Shown here piece by piece: positions 1 to 10,827 of a stretch of 36,554 nucleotides of DNA. Made by a program: the position numbers and the translations under genes. The notes beneath the pieces were generated by a model that had not been told where the DNA came from, did no database searches, and saw only the letters and a list, made by a program, of their open reading frames with translations. Position 1 is the first letter of the stretch. Each line of letters starts with the position of its first letter. The DNA comes from Octopus bimaculoides (lineage: Eukaryota): positions 72,099,591-72,136,144 of the forward strand of contig NC_068986.1 of NCBI RefSeq assembly GCF_001194135.2, in the 5' to 3' direction.

Positions 1-185
1 GTGATACAGAAATTAAAGCCGGATGAAGTAATAATGATATTATATATATAATTTAACCTTAGATTATCAGCATTTATTTTTTTAAAACATATAACTTCAT
101 AATAAATGAAGAGGAACTATGATTTAAAGTGAGATCATATTATATTATGTACAAAGCAATATATTTAAAAGTGTTACCATAGCTG

Positions 186-340
186 TGGGAGTGGCTGTGT
201 GGTAAGAAGTTTGCTTCCCAACCACATGGTTCCGGATTCAGTCCCACTGCGCGGCACTTTGAGCAAGTGTCTTCCCCTATAATCTCGAGCCGACCAAAAC
301 CTTGTGAGTGGATATGATGGACTGAAAGAAGCCCGTCATG
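186..340 (+). mobile_element. tRNA-derived SINE, family A, 5' part (body resumes at ~676-721)
   Basis: A-box-like GTGGCTGTGTGGT and B-box-like GGATTCAGTCCC, then CACTTTGAGCAAGTGTCTT...CTGAAAGAAGCCCGTC. Homologous inverted copies lie at 765-907 and 36090-36256. Confidence 0.85.
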
Positions 341-451
341 TATATAGACATAGATATATAAACAAGACTGAAAGACAGCTAAACTTCCTTATCAAGTTTC
401 AACATGTTTCTGCCTGGCAGAAAATTCAAATATACACATATAAAAAAGAGA

Positions 452-639
452 GGGAAATAGAAACGACTATTTCCTTGCATGTTGAAAAAATAGACGCTTT
501 ACTGAAATATCTATAATTCACCTTGATACGATAAAATTACTATGTTTATAGTGTACAATAGTTTCAGGGTGAATTATAGATGTTTCACTAAAGCATCTAT
601 TTTTTTCAACATGCAAGGAAATAGTCGTTTCTATCTCCC
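452..639. mobile_element. Palindromic MITE-like element (about 75-bp inverted arms, 37-nt spacer)
   Basis: 452-526 is the reverse complement of 564-639, with 5 substitutions and 1 indel. Flanks are TA-rich, inside the microsatellite of the family A SINE. Confidence 0.65.
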
Positions 640-675
640 TTTTATATATATATATATATGTATGTATGTATATAT

Positions 676-721
676 GTATGTATTTGTTTGTCAGTGTTCG
701 TCCCCCACCATCACTTGACAA
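676..721 (+). mobile_element. Continuation of the family A SINE body after the insertion
   Basis: TGTTTGTCAGTGTTCGTCCCCCACCATCACTTGACA matches my recollection of the segment following the internal TA/TG microsatellite in this SINE family. Confidence 0.55.
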
Positions 722-764
722 TATATATATATACATACATATATATATATATATNNNNNNNNNN

Positions 765-907
765 ACAGCTCCCATCTCCGAAATTGACCCACGAGGCCTA
801 AGACTGTAGTAGGAGATACTTGCCGAAGGTGGCGTGCAGTGGGACTGAATCCCAAACCCCCATAGCTGCAAAGCGAACTTCTTAACCACACTGTCATTCC
901 GGCACCT
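765..907 (-). mobile_element. tRNA-derived SINE, family A, 5' part
   Basis: Reverse complement aligns with 186-300: TACTTGCCGAAGGTGGCGTGCAGTGGGACTGAATCC...CTTCTTAACCACAC. Confidence 0.8.
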
Positions 908-1051
908 ACATACAAATTTTCTCATCTGGTCATGGTCTTTACATTTATTAGTAGCCAAAACTCTATATAACATTTTGTGTATTTTCACGTTATATTTCTT
1001 TGTGTTGGCAAATATTTTACGTTTTATACAGGAGGAATTTCTATAACGACA

Positions 1052-1272
1052 ATAATAATAATAATAATAATAACGGTTTCGAATTTTTGCACAAGGCCAC
1101 CAATTTCGGGGGATAAGATAAGCCAATTACATCGACCCGATGCTCAGCTGGTACTTATTTTATCGACCCTGAAAAGATGAAAGGCGAAGTCGACCTCGGT
1201 GGTATTTGAACTGAGAACGTAAGAACACATTTTGCCCGGCGTGCTAACGATTCTGGTAGCTCACGGCCTTAG
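1052..1272 (-). mobile_element. tRNA-derived SINE, family B, with (TTA)n tail
   Basis: Homologous to 16026-16231 (GGTACTTATTTTATCGACCCTGAAAAGATGAAAGGCGAAGTCGACCTCGG...GCTAACGATTCTG). The tail is the (AAT)n at 1052-1074. Confidence 0.85.
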
Positions 1273-1279
1273 TAGTAGA

Positions 1280-1280
<1 letters not shown>

Positions 1281-1360
<80 letters not shown>
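1281..1360. repeat. (TAA)n microsatellite
   Basis: About 27 units, directly visible. Confidence 0.98.
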
Positions 1361-1361
<1 letters not shown>

Positions 1362-1753
1362 GTACTAGACAGAAAGAAATACAAGATGTGGGACTTTAAA
1401 ACATTCAGACTGTCGGAGTAATAGAAGCTAGAAGGTTTGATTTAGTAGCGGTAGATAAAGAGAATAGAAAGTGCCAGATAATTGACTTACTATCCCAAAA
1501 GATAAAAAAATCAATATGAAAGGTATAGAAAAAATAGCAAAATACCATGACCTGATCGTTGAATTACAGAGACTGTGGAAAGTGCGGGTAAAATGTATCC
1601 CAGTAGTTATAAGTGTATTGGGAACTATCCCTAAAGATCTGAACAGATGGATACAGGAAATAGGCATACAACTCAGTTTAATACTGCTCTAGAAAACAGT
1701 ATTATTAGGGACTCGGTCACTCTCAAAAATTAAGTAAGAAAACCGGAAAAATA
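1362..1753 (+). mobile_element. R4/Dong-type non-LTR retrotransposon 3' fragment (RLE endonuclease region and 3' UTR), decayed
   Basis: With frameshifts reads KMWDFK-IQTVGVIEARRFDLVAVDKENRKCQIID...EKIAKYHDLIVELQRLWKVRVKCIPVVISVLGTIP...KTVLLGT, the PD-(D/E)xK-type restriction-like endonuclease region. It begins directly after (TAA)n. Confidence 0.85.
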
Positions 1754-2339
1754 ATCCAGAATCGTTGTCCGGTACCTGATCGATCCCAATGGTAGTCATG
1801 GAATGTGAAAGTGGTTGTAAAAAATTTAGTAACAGTAATGAATAGTTTATCCTTATCTATAAAACAAGCCAAAGTTAACAAAGTCACCATTCAAAATAGT
1901 TTCAAAGGCGGAGGTAATAATAATACGTTCTACTCAGGAATTTTTAAATGAATAGCCTGAGACCTTTTTGGTTTTCTCTTCTCTTAAATTTCGACTTTCC
2001 TTTAGTATTCCTGATGTTTAAGATCGATGTATAGATGTATGTATATATGTAAGTATACTGTAAAGTGTTAATATGTATGTGTGTATAATATATAATAATT
2101 ATATTATAAAAATATGTTATTTAATTTCTAAACTGTTTTGCTGCCGTTTGTTTATGTAGTTTGATATCTTTAATCTGTCAGTTTCTACTAAGATACAGAC
2201 CCGAGTAAAATTAATAATAGAGAAACGAAAATAAAACTTTGGAAACCTCCTAAAGGGAGATAATTGAGAAAGACTTGAAAGTCAACGTAAGATAGTAATC
2301 ATGTAAGGCGGGGGTAATAAATAATAATAACAATAAGAC

Positions 2340-3150
2340 TAAAGCCAGACATACAAATACTTAGAAATCAACGAACTAAATACCTTACAACACACACAAA
2401 TGTAAGAGAAGATAAGAAAGGAATATTATAGACGAGTTAGATGAATACTGAAAACAAAACTTAACGTGAAAAACAAGATGATACCTATCAACACTCTTGC
2501 CGTCCCAGTTGTAAGTTACAGCTACAAAAAAGTTTAAATGAACTAATCAAAATAGACAGGAAAACAAGAAAAATAATGATAGAATTTAAAATGTACCACC
2601 CAAAATCTAACATAGAAAAGTTATGTATACAACGTACTGAAGGTGGCAGAGGCCTTATACAGCTAGAAAACTATTATATAATAAACACCATAGGATTACA
2701 AAAATATCTACTTCAGAGGCAAGGAAAACTGATACAAACAACCACAAAACACGAGCAAAACAAGAAACTGGATCCTGTCTTTAAGGAAGCTGAAAAATAC
2801 AAATAAGAAGTCATAGTACCTGACAACTATGAAGAAAAAGAAGAAACAGAGGCTGTAAAACAACTGAAATCTACACCAAAACTGGAAAAGCAGCGTATCA
2901 TGATAAAACGATGGCAAGAAAATCCCCTACATGGCAAATATTAGGTTAGGCTAAACAGAAAAAGTAAACAAAGCAAAATCCCAACAATGGTTGAGAAGCT
3001 CAGAACTCAAAGCAGAGACTGAAGGATTTTTAATTGCAGCACAAGATCAAAGTCTTACCACCAGAAATCACAAAAAATACATAATGAAAAGAAATACAAC
3101 TTCAGAATATGTGGTGATGGAGAAGAAACAATAAATCATATTAGCTCTGG
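2340..3150 (+). mobile_element. R4/Dong-type retrotransposon fragment (RT thumb to CCHC knuckle), decayed
   Basis: TYKYLEI...KEYYRRVR*ILKTKLNVKNK...IDRKTRKIM..MYHPKSNIEKLCIQRTEGGRGLIQLE...LHGKY...WLRSSELKAETEGFLIAAQDQSLTTRN...RICGDGEETINHISSG, with stops and frameshifts. Confidence 0.88.
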
Positions 3151-3293
3151 CCAAACGGCTGCCCAACTATTTTCTTCAACAATGGTAGTGGTGGTGATTG
3201 TGATAATAAAAAAAATTAAAATAATGATAATATGCCGCAGCTGCTGAAACTAAATACTTCTAATACTACAATAATATTACAACTACTACTATT

Positions 3294-4612
3294 ATGATAG
3301 CATGGCGAAAAAGCATGGCGAATTGGAGAACGGACCTGACAGCATACAGAAGAAGTTTGTGGACAGTAGAAATTAGGAGGGGCATCTTCCAAGAGGACTG
3401 CCTGTCTCCATTGATCTTTGTACTGTGCTTGATACTACTAACACTGATTCTGAGAAAGCAAAAGATGGGTATGTATTCAAAAGCCGCTAACAAAAAGTCA
3501 ACCACTTGTTATTCATGGATGACCTCAAACTTTATGGTAAAGAAGAAGCCCAAGTCAGTTCCCTCGTTGATACGGTGTATACTTTCAGTACTGATATCAG
3601 AAATGAGTTCGAACTGAGAAAGTGTGGTGTGTTAGTCTTGAAGAGAGGCAAAATCAAATGTATGGACGGGCTAAAGATACCGTCGGGGGAGGTTATGAAG
3701 CAGATAGAAGAGATGGGCTATACGTACTTGCGGATTTTGGAAAAGGACAAATTGATGGAGAAAGAAATGACAGAAAAATTTAAGGTGGAGTACTTACGCA
3801 GACTGAGACTGATCCTTAAGTCGAAATTAAACGGACGGAATAAGATCGAAACTATCAAATCCTGGGCGATTTCACTCCTTAGATATGGAGCAGGGGTAAT
3901 CGCATGGACAGTAGACGAACTAAACAGCTTAGACAGAAAGACAAGGAAGTTGCTAACTAGATATGGGTCACTTCACCCAAAAAGTGACACAGGCAAAAAA
4001 AGAGGGGGAAGAGGACTTATTGGATGCGAACACAGCACTAGAGCAGAAGTAAACAACATAGCATGATATGTAAAAATATGCCACAGAACCGCTATTATTA
4101 GTAGTAAGAAGGTCAGACTTGTGTGAGATGAAAGATTGCAAAGATAAAGCACTATACAAGAAATTGAAAACGAATGAAACTGAAAATAGGTGGGTAAAGA
4201 AAAGAATGCATTGTCAATGATTGTTGAAGATAAGACAGACAGAGAAAAAAGATGGCTGTGGATGACTAAAAGTGATTTAAAACCGGAGACGGGGGCTCTA
4301 ATTTGTGCAGCCCAAGAGCAAGCACTAAGAACAAACTACATAAAATACCGAATAGACAACACAGCAGAAAGTGATAAGTGCAGAATCTGTGGACAAAATG
4401 GTGAAACCGTATGGCATATTACCAGCCAATGTACGCTAATAGTCCATAAGGAATATAAGAAACGCCACGACAATATAGCCAGGCTTGTCCATTGGACACT
4501 TTGCAACAAGTATGGACTGACAGAGCAAAAAATTGGTGCGACCACAAACCTAAAGGCCTCGTCGAAAATAGAAAGGCAAAGATCCTATGGGATTTTACAA
4601 TTCAGTGCGACC
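3294..4612 (+). mobile_element. R4/Dong-type retrotransposon fragment (RT domains 4-7, thumb, CCHC, start of RLE), decayed
   Basis: RRGIFQEDCLSPLIF, HLLFMDDLKLY (YxDD-equivalent), GGRGL, ETGALICAAQEQALRTN, CRICGQNGETVWHITSQC, RHDNIARLVHW and KILWDFTIQCD across frameshifted ORFs 3294-3617, 3506-4066 and 4190-4690. Confidence 0.93.
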
Positions 4613-4619
4613 TATTCCA

Positions 4620-4686
4620 AACGTAAAGACAGCGAAATGCCGCTAAGCATTTTATCTGGAGCACTGATAACTCCGCCAGATCGCCA
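4620..4686 (-). mobile_element. Family B SINE, head only
   Basis: ACGTAAAGACAGCGAAATGCCGCTAAGCATTTT...CCGCCAGATCGCC matches 16168-16231 and is followed by (AAT)n. Confidence 0.75.
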
Positions 4687-5715
4687 ATAATAATAATAAC
4701 AAGCGTTAGCTTCTTTTTTTCTTTTTCTTTTTTTTTTGTTGTTTGTTTGTTTGTTTTGTTTTGTTTTTTCCTACTTCTAAAGATTGTTAGTTATTTTTTA
4801 GTGTGATACAACCGGCACACCTGTATCAAAGGTATTCTGGTCGTAAACATCTCATCTTTTTTTATTTTAAACTTTTTTTTTTTACATACAGTAGCCAAGA
4901 CTACGTTACTCAGTATATCCATACTATTTATTTTTAAATCGTAGGGTGTGATTTAAAGGAGAATTAGCTACAATTTCTAACAAGATGAGTGGTCCGAATG
5001 AACTCTTGACCGTATTCTACTAACTGGCGAGCAGAGTTTGTTGCTTTTGTTGTTTTTTAAACTTTGCCCCAATAACATCCTCAAGGGGCACAGAAACTAA
5101 TACTGAACTACGACGGCACATCACTCGTATTCTGAGAAGTATACTGGTATGCGAAACCAATGAATGTAGCAAAAGTCTACCCCGACTTTTGCTGCAGTCA
5201 TATAATTTTGTAAGAAAACAAAAAGATGAATTATTTTGGATATTGGCAACGTCTCACACATGGTTTATGGGATACTGACAGACGATGGAGTTGGACGCAG
5301 GTATTTCGGTTTGCTCAGATCGGCCATTGAATTTACTGCGATATAATTGACTCGTAACATTCTTGGCGTGGGCAAAACGAACTACTGTTCAATAACAGAC
5401 GCCTATTTGCCTTTGACTATATCGATGCTACCGCCTGCAACGCATTGGAAAACGAATGAGGGGGTGACTGACATGAAGCAACGTAAAAGAGCGAAACAAA
5501 ATTGAAAATGCAAAGGGGGGCAGAAGAGTGATGGAGCTGGAGTAAAAGGAAGAGAAAGAATGTAATAAACTAATATAGATTTTAAACTATAAATTATTGA
5601 ATTGAAACTGTTCAATCATGAGACTACTAGATTATATGCGTCACAAAATATCCAGCTTATAAACAATGCTCATATTAAAAACGCGAAACTTTCAAGTGCA
5701 CTTTGCATGCCTTTA

Positions 5716-5914
5716 GACATACATACATACATACATACATACATAAATACATACATACGTACATAAATACATACATACATACATACATACATACACACAC
5801 AAAATTGCGAAAGAGAAAAATACTAAAAACGGTAATTTTTCCATTAAATTTGAATTTCGATCGACTGTTAAGAACCTTGGCAGAAGAATAAATTGAGCCA
5901 ATTTTGCCTTTATT

Positions 5915-5973
<59 letters not shown>

Positions 5974-5983
5974 CACACACACA
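5716..5983. repeat. (TACA)n at ~5716-5795 plus (TC)n/(CA)n at ~5914-5983
   Basis: Directly visible. Confidence 0.95.
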
Positions 5984-6278
5984 CTTTCTTTCTACCTTTA
6001 TCTTTCTCTTTCTTTCTCCTCCTCTATCTAATATGAAATTATCATGATCGCTTTCTTCCTTCTCTCTCTTGAAATCTTCAGATATATTTATGACAATAAA
6101 CGCGAAATTCTGTCTGTCTGGGACCCTTGTATCTCAGTCTTCATTTGTTCTACATAGACACATTATACCTTTTTGGAATCAGGATGATCCCGGGATTGAA
6201 AATCTGCCCTTCATTTGGTTCTTGAACATTCAGCATTCGGATATGATTTAAAAGCAATTGGGTTGCTATTTCTAGCAG

Positions 6279-6381
6279 GTAAACTTTGGCTGATTCACGC
6301 CATCTTGCTTGGCATTTGTCAGACGACGTCAGAGATCAAAGGGGAGATAAATGACATTCGCTTCGTTAATTTTACGTCGAG
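6279..6381 (+). CDS. Candidate internal exon encoding a signal-peptide-like segment (KLWLIHAILLGICQTTSEIKGEINDIRFVNFTS)
   Basis: CAG acceptor, strong GAG|GTAAGA donor, one open frame with a hydrophobic stretch. The pyrimidine tract is weak and I recognise no homology. Confidence 0.2.
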
Positions 6382-7094
6382 GTAAGAACTTTGGGACAAA
6401 TTGGCCAACAGCTGGAATTCAAATTGGGACTGGAACAATAGAATGATTGCATTACAGAATTAATTCTCATCCGTCCTTAACCTCTGATCAAACACCACCA
6501 GAGCATCCAGTCTTGTAGATGTATTATAGTCATGCTATTTAGCTCGCTTTAGTTTGGGGCTGCATGCCCAATTAGCCCTCCGCAGGAGCTTGCTTAAAAG
6601 TCTGCATGGAGTGCGGCTTTTAAGCTAGTAATTAATAAGATCGCCTTGCATTGTGTATCAATGAGGCAAGACATGTTAAAACAGTCTGTCTACAAATAGA
6701 TTACCAAATATTCCAAAACCTGAAAAGTATGATATCTTTAGTAATTTTCTGATTTGTCCGAAATGACTGAATAAAAAAAAAAGGAAAAGAGAAGTAACCT
6801 TCTCAAATACTTCTCTTGACAAGTGGATGAATCAATCATAGAAGCGTTCATATCGAGAACTAAGGAACTTCAATCTCTACATAGGTACGACTCTTCTATT
6901 TTTCGGAGTTACCAGCTTACAGACGGTGGTCAAAAGAACACGAAAATCCTGCTTAACTTAGTTAAGCGCGCGCGCGCGCAATCTGAAGAGAAAGGTGCTA
7001 TTATGTCTTTCTATCTCCTCTAATATAAATTCAATTTTAAAATTTCTATTGGTATTATTACATTACCGCTTCAATGTCTCTCCTTTCTATGACT

Positions 7095-7275
7095 CTTTCT
7101 CATCAGCGATAGTTCTGTGTTTACAGAGCCATGTGCAAATTCGAATGGCGAATACCTCTGTCTTTAAAGTCTTTGAGACAGCCACGCGTATATTAAGCAA
7201 TAAACCCTTTTATGAATGTTGAAAGCAAGCTAAGAATTTATAATTTAATTTAATACGTCTTTATTAGAACATCTA
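7095..7275 (+). repeat. Dispersed copy of the unclassified ~200-bp unit arrayed at 18135-19385
   Basis: Shares TATGACTC..TCTCATCA, AATTCGA.TGGC.AATA.CTCTG..TTTAA, AGCCACGCGTATAT, AAACCCTTTTATGAATG and AAGCAAGCTAA with the array units. Confidence 0.7.
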
Positions 7276-7305
7276 TCAATGTTATTATCACACACATATA
7301 CATAC

Positions 7306-7366
7306 ATGCATACATACATACATACATACATACATACATACATACATACATACATACATACATACA
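7306..7366. repeat. (CATA)n microsatellite
   Basis: Directly visible. Confidence 0.95.
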
Positions 7367-8068
7367 TGTATGCATATATATATATATTTACATATATATA
7401 TATAATATATGCATGCATATACATATATACCATCTCTGTCTCTTTATATCATTGATTCACGGATATTCATTCAGCCACTTACGATATTATAGACGGACAA
7501 AATCTCTGAATTTAAGTTGTATACTGCTATTTTGCAACATTTATCAGTATCAATAGATTACGGCTCTCTTTCTCTCTCTTTTATCCCTTTCTGTCTGTTT
7601 CTGTCTCTTTTTTATGGGCATATGTTCCCGCAGTCATATTTAAATGTCTAACGTTGGTTTTGTGTTGATGAGAAAACTACAAAGACTGTTGAAGTATGAA
7701 GAAATTTCATAATGATTGTTCTTAGTCAACCTAATATTTATTTATGTTATATGATTCCATCAAAAGGTTATTAACATAAATAAGAATCGACGACATGGAT
7801 ATGAATGTGTTTAACTATGTTACTGCTGTTTTGTTTATTTTATGGCTGTATCTGAGAGAGAAAGAAGAGATACATGCATGTTGGTATATTATTAGAAGAA
7901 AGAGATATGCTAGAGACGGTCTTAAATAATATGGACTAACAATATAATCTCCATGTGCAATTAAGATTATATATGGTGAGTTTTGAAATCTAAATTTATC
8001 TATACAGACAAAAGTGAATGTTCTCGAACCGTCTGTTGGAATTTCGGAGCGAAAGTCAAGGCAGTCGT

Positions 8069-8262
8069 TTTTTATGATGTCTACCGACATCCTGTCACCT
8101 CTGAATCAAATATATATATGTAGGTAGCCATGTTGGATATCCGCATAGGCGTTTTCACTTTTGTTGCTATAAAATTATCAAAATTAGTAATATTTGATAC
8201 ACTGTGAATCTGAATCTAACTAAAAATGCTGTGGAATGGATTACATGGAGATACCTGCTATA
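8069..8262 (-). mobile_element. 3' LTR-like repeat of a degenerate Ty3/Gypsy element
   Basis: Roughly 70% identical by eye to 9822-10001. On the - strand it starts TATAGCAG (vs TGTAGCAG), just downstream of the purine-rich CTGCGAGGGGA (8267-8277, PPT-like). Confidence 0.55.
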
Positions 8263-8854
8263 AGAATCCCCTCGCAGAATACATGTATGACAAACAAACG
8301 AGTCCAAAAACAGAGAAATGTGACTTAAGTGCATGTGTGTACGTCGTGTGTTCATCTTCTGTCTACGATCTATGTGACAAAATCAAATAATTAGGAAGAC
8401 AATGAAAGATAAATTCATTCTCTGCAGTTCATAAGATTGTTCAGAATTTGAAAAAAATGTTCATGCACAGAAATAGTCAGTGAAGATTGCAGAACAAGCG
8501 TGATATATATGTATAAAAGGACGTTATGGTATAATTTTGCAAGTCAAATTGTGAATGCGTGTATGTATGTTTACATCGTTAAATATTCTTAAGAAGAGAA
8601 TGAGAAAGGAAAGAATATAAATGAGTGCAATGCAGAAATATATAAAAAAAAATCATATATAATATTTGTACGTATCTGGTCAATAAACTCTTCTGCCATT
8701 TGGGGTTTTAATGTTTCTTTTGAATCAATATTCCTCTGTAGAGTATTTACATATGTCCTGACAAGAGTCAGTATTTTTTTTTTTTTTTTACATCTGATGT
8801 ACGAGACTTGGATGCTGATATAAGCTAAGTAACAATAGAGGTGTTTTTCTTTTT

Positions 8855-9044
8855 ATTTTATCGTTCGATACTCCTTTTCATCAAACATAACAATCACGAA
8901 ATATCCAGAATGTGCATGCAAAACACGACAGGGTCCTGCGTAAAAGATGTGAAGTGCTTTCTCTACTGTTTGACTGCGAACGAAAACAAGATGTCGGCAG
9001 GGATATGCGCGTAGCCATTTCTTGTCGAGCAAGCATAATTGGCA

Positions 9045-9045
<1 letters not shown>
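8855..9045 (-). pseudogene. Gypsy integrase C-terminal (GPY/F-like) remnant
   Basis: CRHLVFVRSQTVEKALHIFYAGPCRVLHAHSGYFVI resembles the HVFVR..VRKPL.P.Y.GP..VL....YF motif downstream of Gypsy integrase cores. Confidence 0.6.

Positions 9046-9047
<2 letters not shown>

Positions 9048-9098
<51 letters not shown>
9048..9098. repeat. (CA)n microsatellite running into an N-gap, inside the Gypsy remnant
   Basis: Directly visible. Confidence 0.95.
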
Positions 9099-9389
9099 NN
9101 NNNNNNNNNNNNNNNNNNNNNNNNNNNNNNNNNNNNNNNNNNNNNNNNNNNNNNNNNNNNNNNNNNNNNNNNNNNNNNNNNNNNNNNNNNNNNNNNNNNN
9201 NNNNNNNNNNNNNNNNNNNNNNNNNNNNNNNNNNNNNNNNNNNNNNNNNNNNNNNNNNNNNNNNNNNNNNNNNNNNNNNNNNNNNNNNNNNNNNNNNNNN
9301 NNNNNNNNNNNNNNNNNNTATATATATGTATGTACGTTATGTATGTATGTATGTATGTATGTATGTATGTGTGTGTGTGTGTATATCTT

Positions 9390-9790
9390 CGCAGTTTATG
9401 CACATAATTAAACTCATCGTTAAGCACGTTGGTACCTCCAACCACCATCTGTCAGTATTTCTGCCGATGTAAAAATAAGATCAGTTTTAACCACAATCTG
9501 ATACTGAGTATTATTAAAAATAGATATTCCAGCCATCACTTTGAGTTACCATATGATTTTAAGCTATTTTCATTTGAAGATAAAAATATTCGACCATTCC
9601 ATTTCAGGCAGGGTGATAGACTGTTGTATGAGTTCTCTTAGTGCCAAGCAAATAAGTGATTTCAATGAAAAGACTAGATTTATATTGCCGACCTCTATCA
9701 GCAGTTATGACAGCAGACATTCCAAAATGCGCAAGCCAGTCATAAAGCAATACTTTGACTATAGTTTCAACCTAAATGTCTAGAAAAAGA
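9390..9790 (-). pseudogene. Ty3/Gypsy integrase core remnant
   Basis: VETIVKVLLYDWLAHFGMSAVITADRGRQYKSSLFIEITYLLGTKRTHTTVYHPA*NGMVE, with exactly 35 residues between D and E, followed by WLEYL...VKTDLIFTSAEIL. Confidence 0.85.
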
Positions 9791-9821
9791 ATGATTTTCT
9801 AAAAACCAACAAAAGTTTTTC

Positions 9822-10001
9822 TTTTTATGACTACTGACATTCTGTTACAGCCTCTACAAGATGTAGGTGTGCTGGTTATCCGCGTAGGCGTTTTGATGTT
9901 TGCTGTTATAAAATTATCAAATATTATAATATTGATTAAACTGCAAATTTAAATACTAGCAAAGATGGTGTAGATTCAATTCCAAAAAAGGATCTGCTAC
10001 A
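9822..10001 (-). mobile_element. 5' LTR-like repeat of the degenerate Gypsy element (probably truncated)
   Basis: Direct-repeat partner of 8069-8262. It begins TGTAG on the - strand. Confidence 0.55.
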
Positions 10002-10133
10002 AATTCAATTAGTAAACATCTCAGTAACAAAAGCTGTTACAAATGATGGGCGCAAGCTCGGAATTTTTCATTTGATATAATTTCATTTCTATCCTTTTAA
10101 TTTTTATTCATTTTTTTTTTTTTTTACTTGTAG

Positions 10134-10351
10134 AATCTGACGGAATGAGCAATGTACATAACCTTCGCGGGCATTCTGAGATTAATGAGACTGATGTTAC
10201 TAATGTTCCTCTTAAACAGTTCCAAGTCGACACCTACAGCATGGTGATAAGCAGGAGAGAAATTCCAGAAAGGGATAGCTTGAGCGAAGTGGTTAGTGTG
10301 GAAACTGATGAGAATCGACATAACATAGGAGATGACAGGAGGAGAAAGTAG
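10134..10351 (+). CDS. Candidate terminal exon (..SDGMSNVHNLRGHSEINETDVTNVPLKQFQVDTYSMVISRREIPERDSLSEVVSVETDENRHNIGDDRRRK*)
   Basis: Strong T-run plus ACTTGTAG acceptor at 10133. Only one of the three frames is open (218 nt to TAG) and its composition is protein-like. I recognise no homology. Confidence 0.25.
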
Positions 10352-10827
10352 TCTAGAGTACCTTAGTGGGAGTGACCCATGGCTAACCAACTCTCAGGAG
10401 CAAATGCCATTACAATCCCTGGTACACCCAGGATGTTCTTCTGCCGAGAGAGATCCTCATTGATAGTGAGATCTAACATTTGTAGTGATCGTGAGGGCGC
10501 TCTAGTTTGACGCTGTTTATGTTTAATAAGTTTGTGTTGCGAAGGTATTTTCCTGAAATGAGCAGTGCTTGCATTATTGTACTGTTGAAAGAGTCAAAAT
10601 TTGGATGTCCAGACTGAAGAATGCTTTTGAGATCTCCGTACATAGAATCAGAACAGGTGTAACATGTGATATCTAGAGAGTGCGTATGTGATATATAGTT
10701 GGGGAAGATTAAGAAGAAATGAAGGTTTGTGCTATTTGGATATTAATCTTCATTCCTCCTTAAATTTCCCATTAAGAGTGAACGTTGTTAGACGTGACGG
10801 CAAATAGGTCATTGACCTATAGAAGTA

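Noticed and set aside
1905-2325. Short direct repeat AAGGCGG(A/G)GGTAATAA at about 1905 and 2305
   Set aside because: It is too short and there are no other element hallmarks between the copies.
8030-8118. Idea of a tandem Gypsy sharing one LTR (PBS/gag-like sequence after the 8.1-kb LTR)
   Set aside because: No gag-like protein is recognisable downstream. A longer LTR with a truncated 5' copy explains the extra homology more simply.
8890-9015. Cys-rich + strand peptide (CMQNTTGSCVKDVKCFLYC...)
   Set aside because: It is the antisense of the Gypsy integrase C-terminal remnant.
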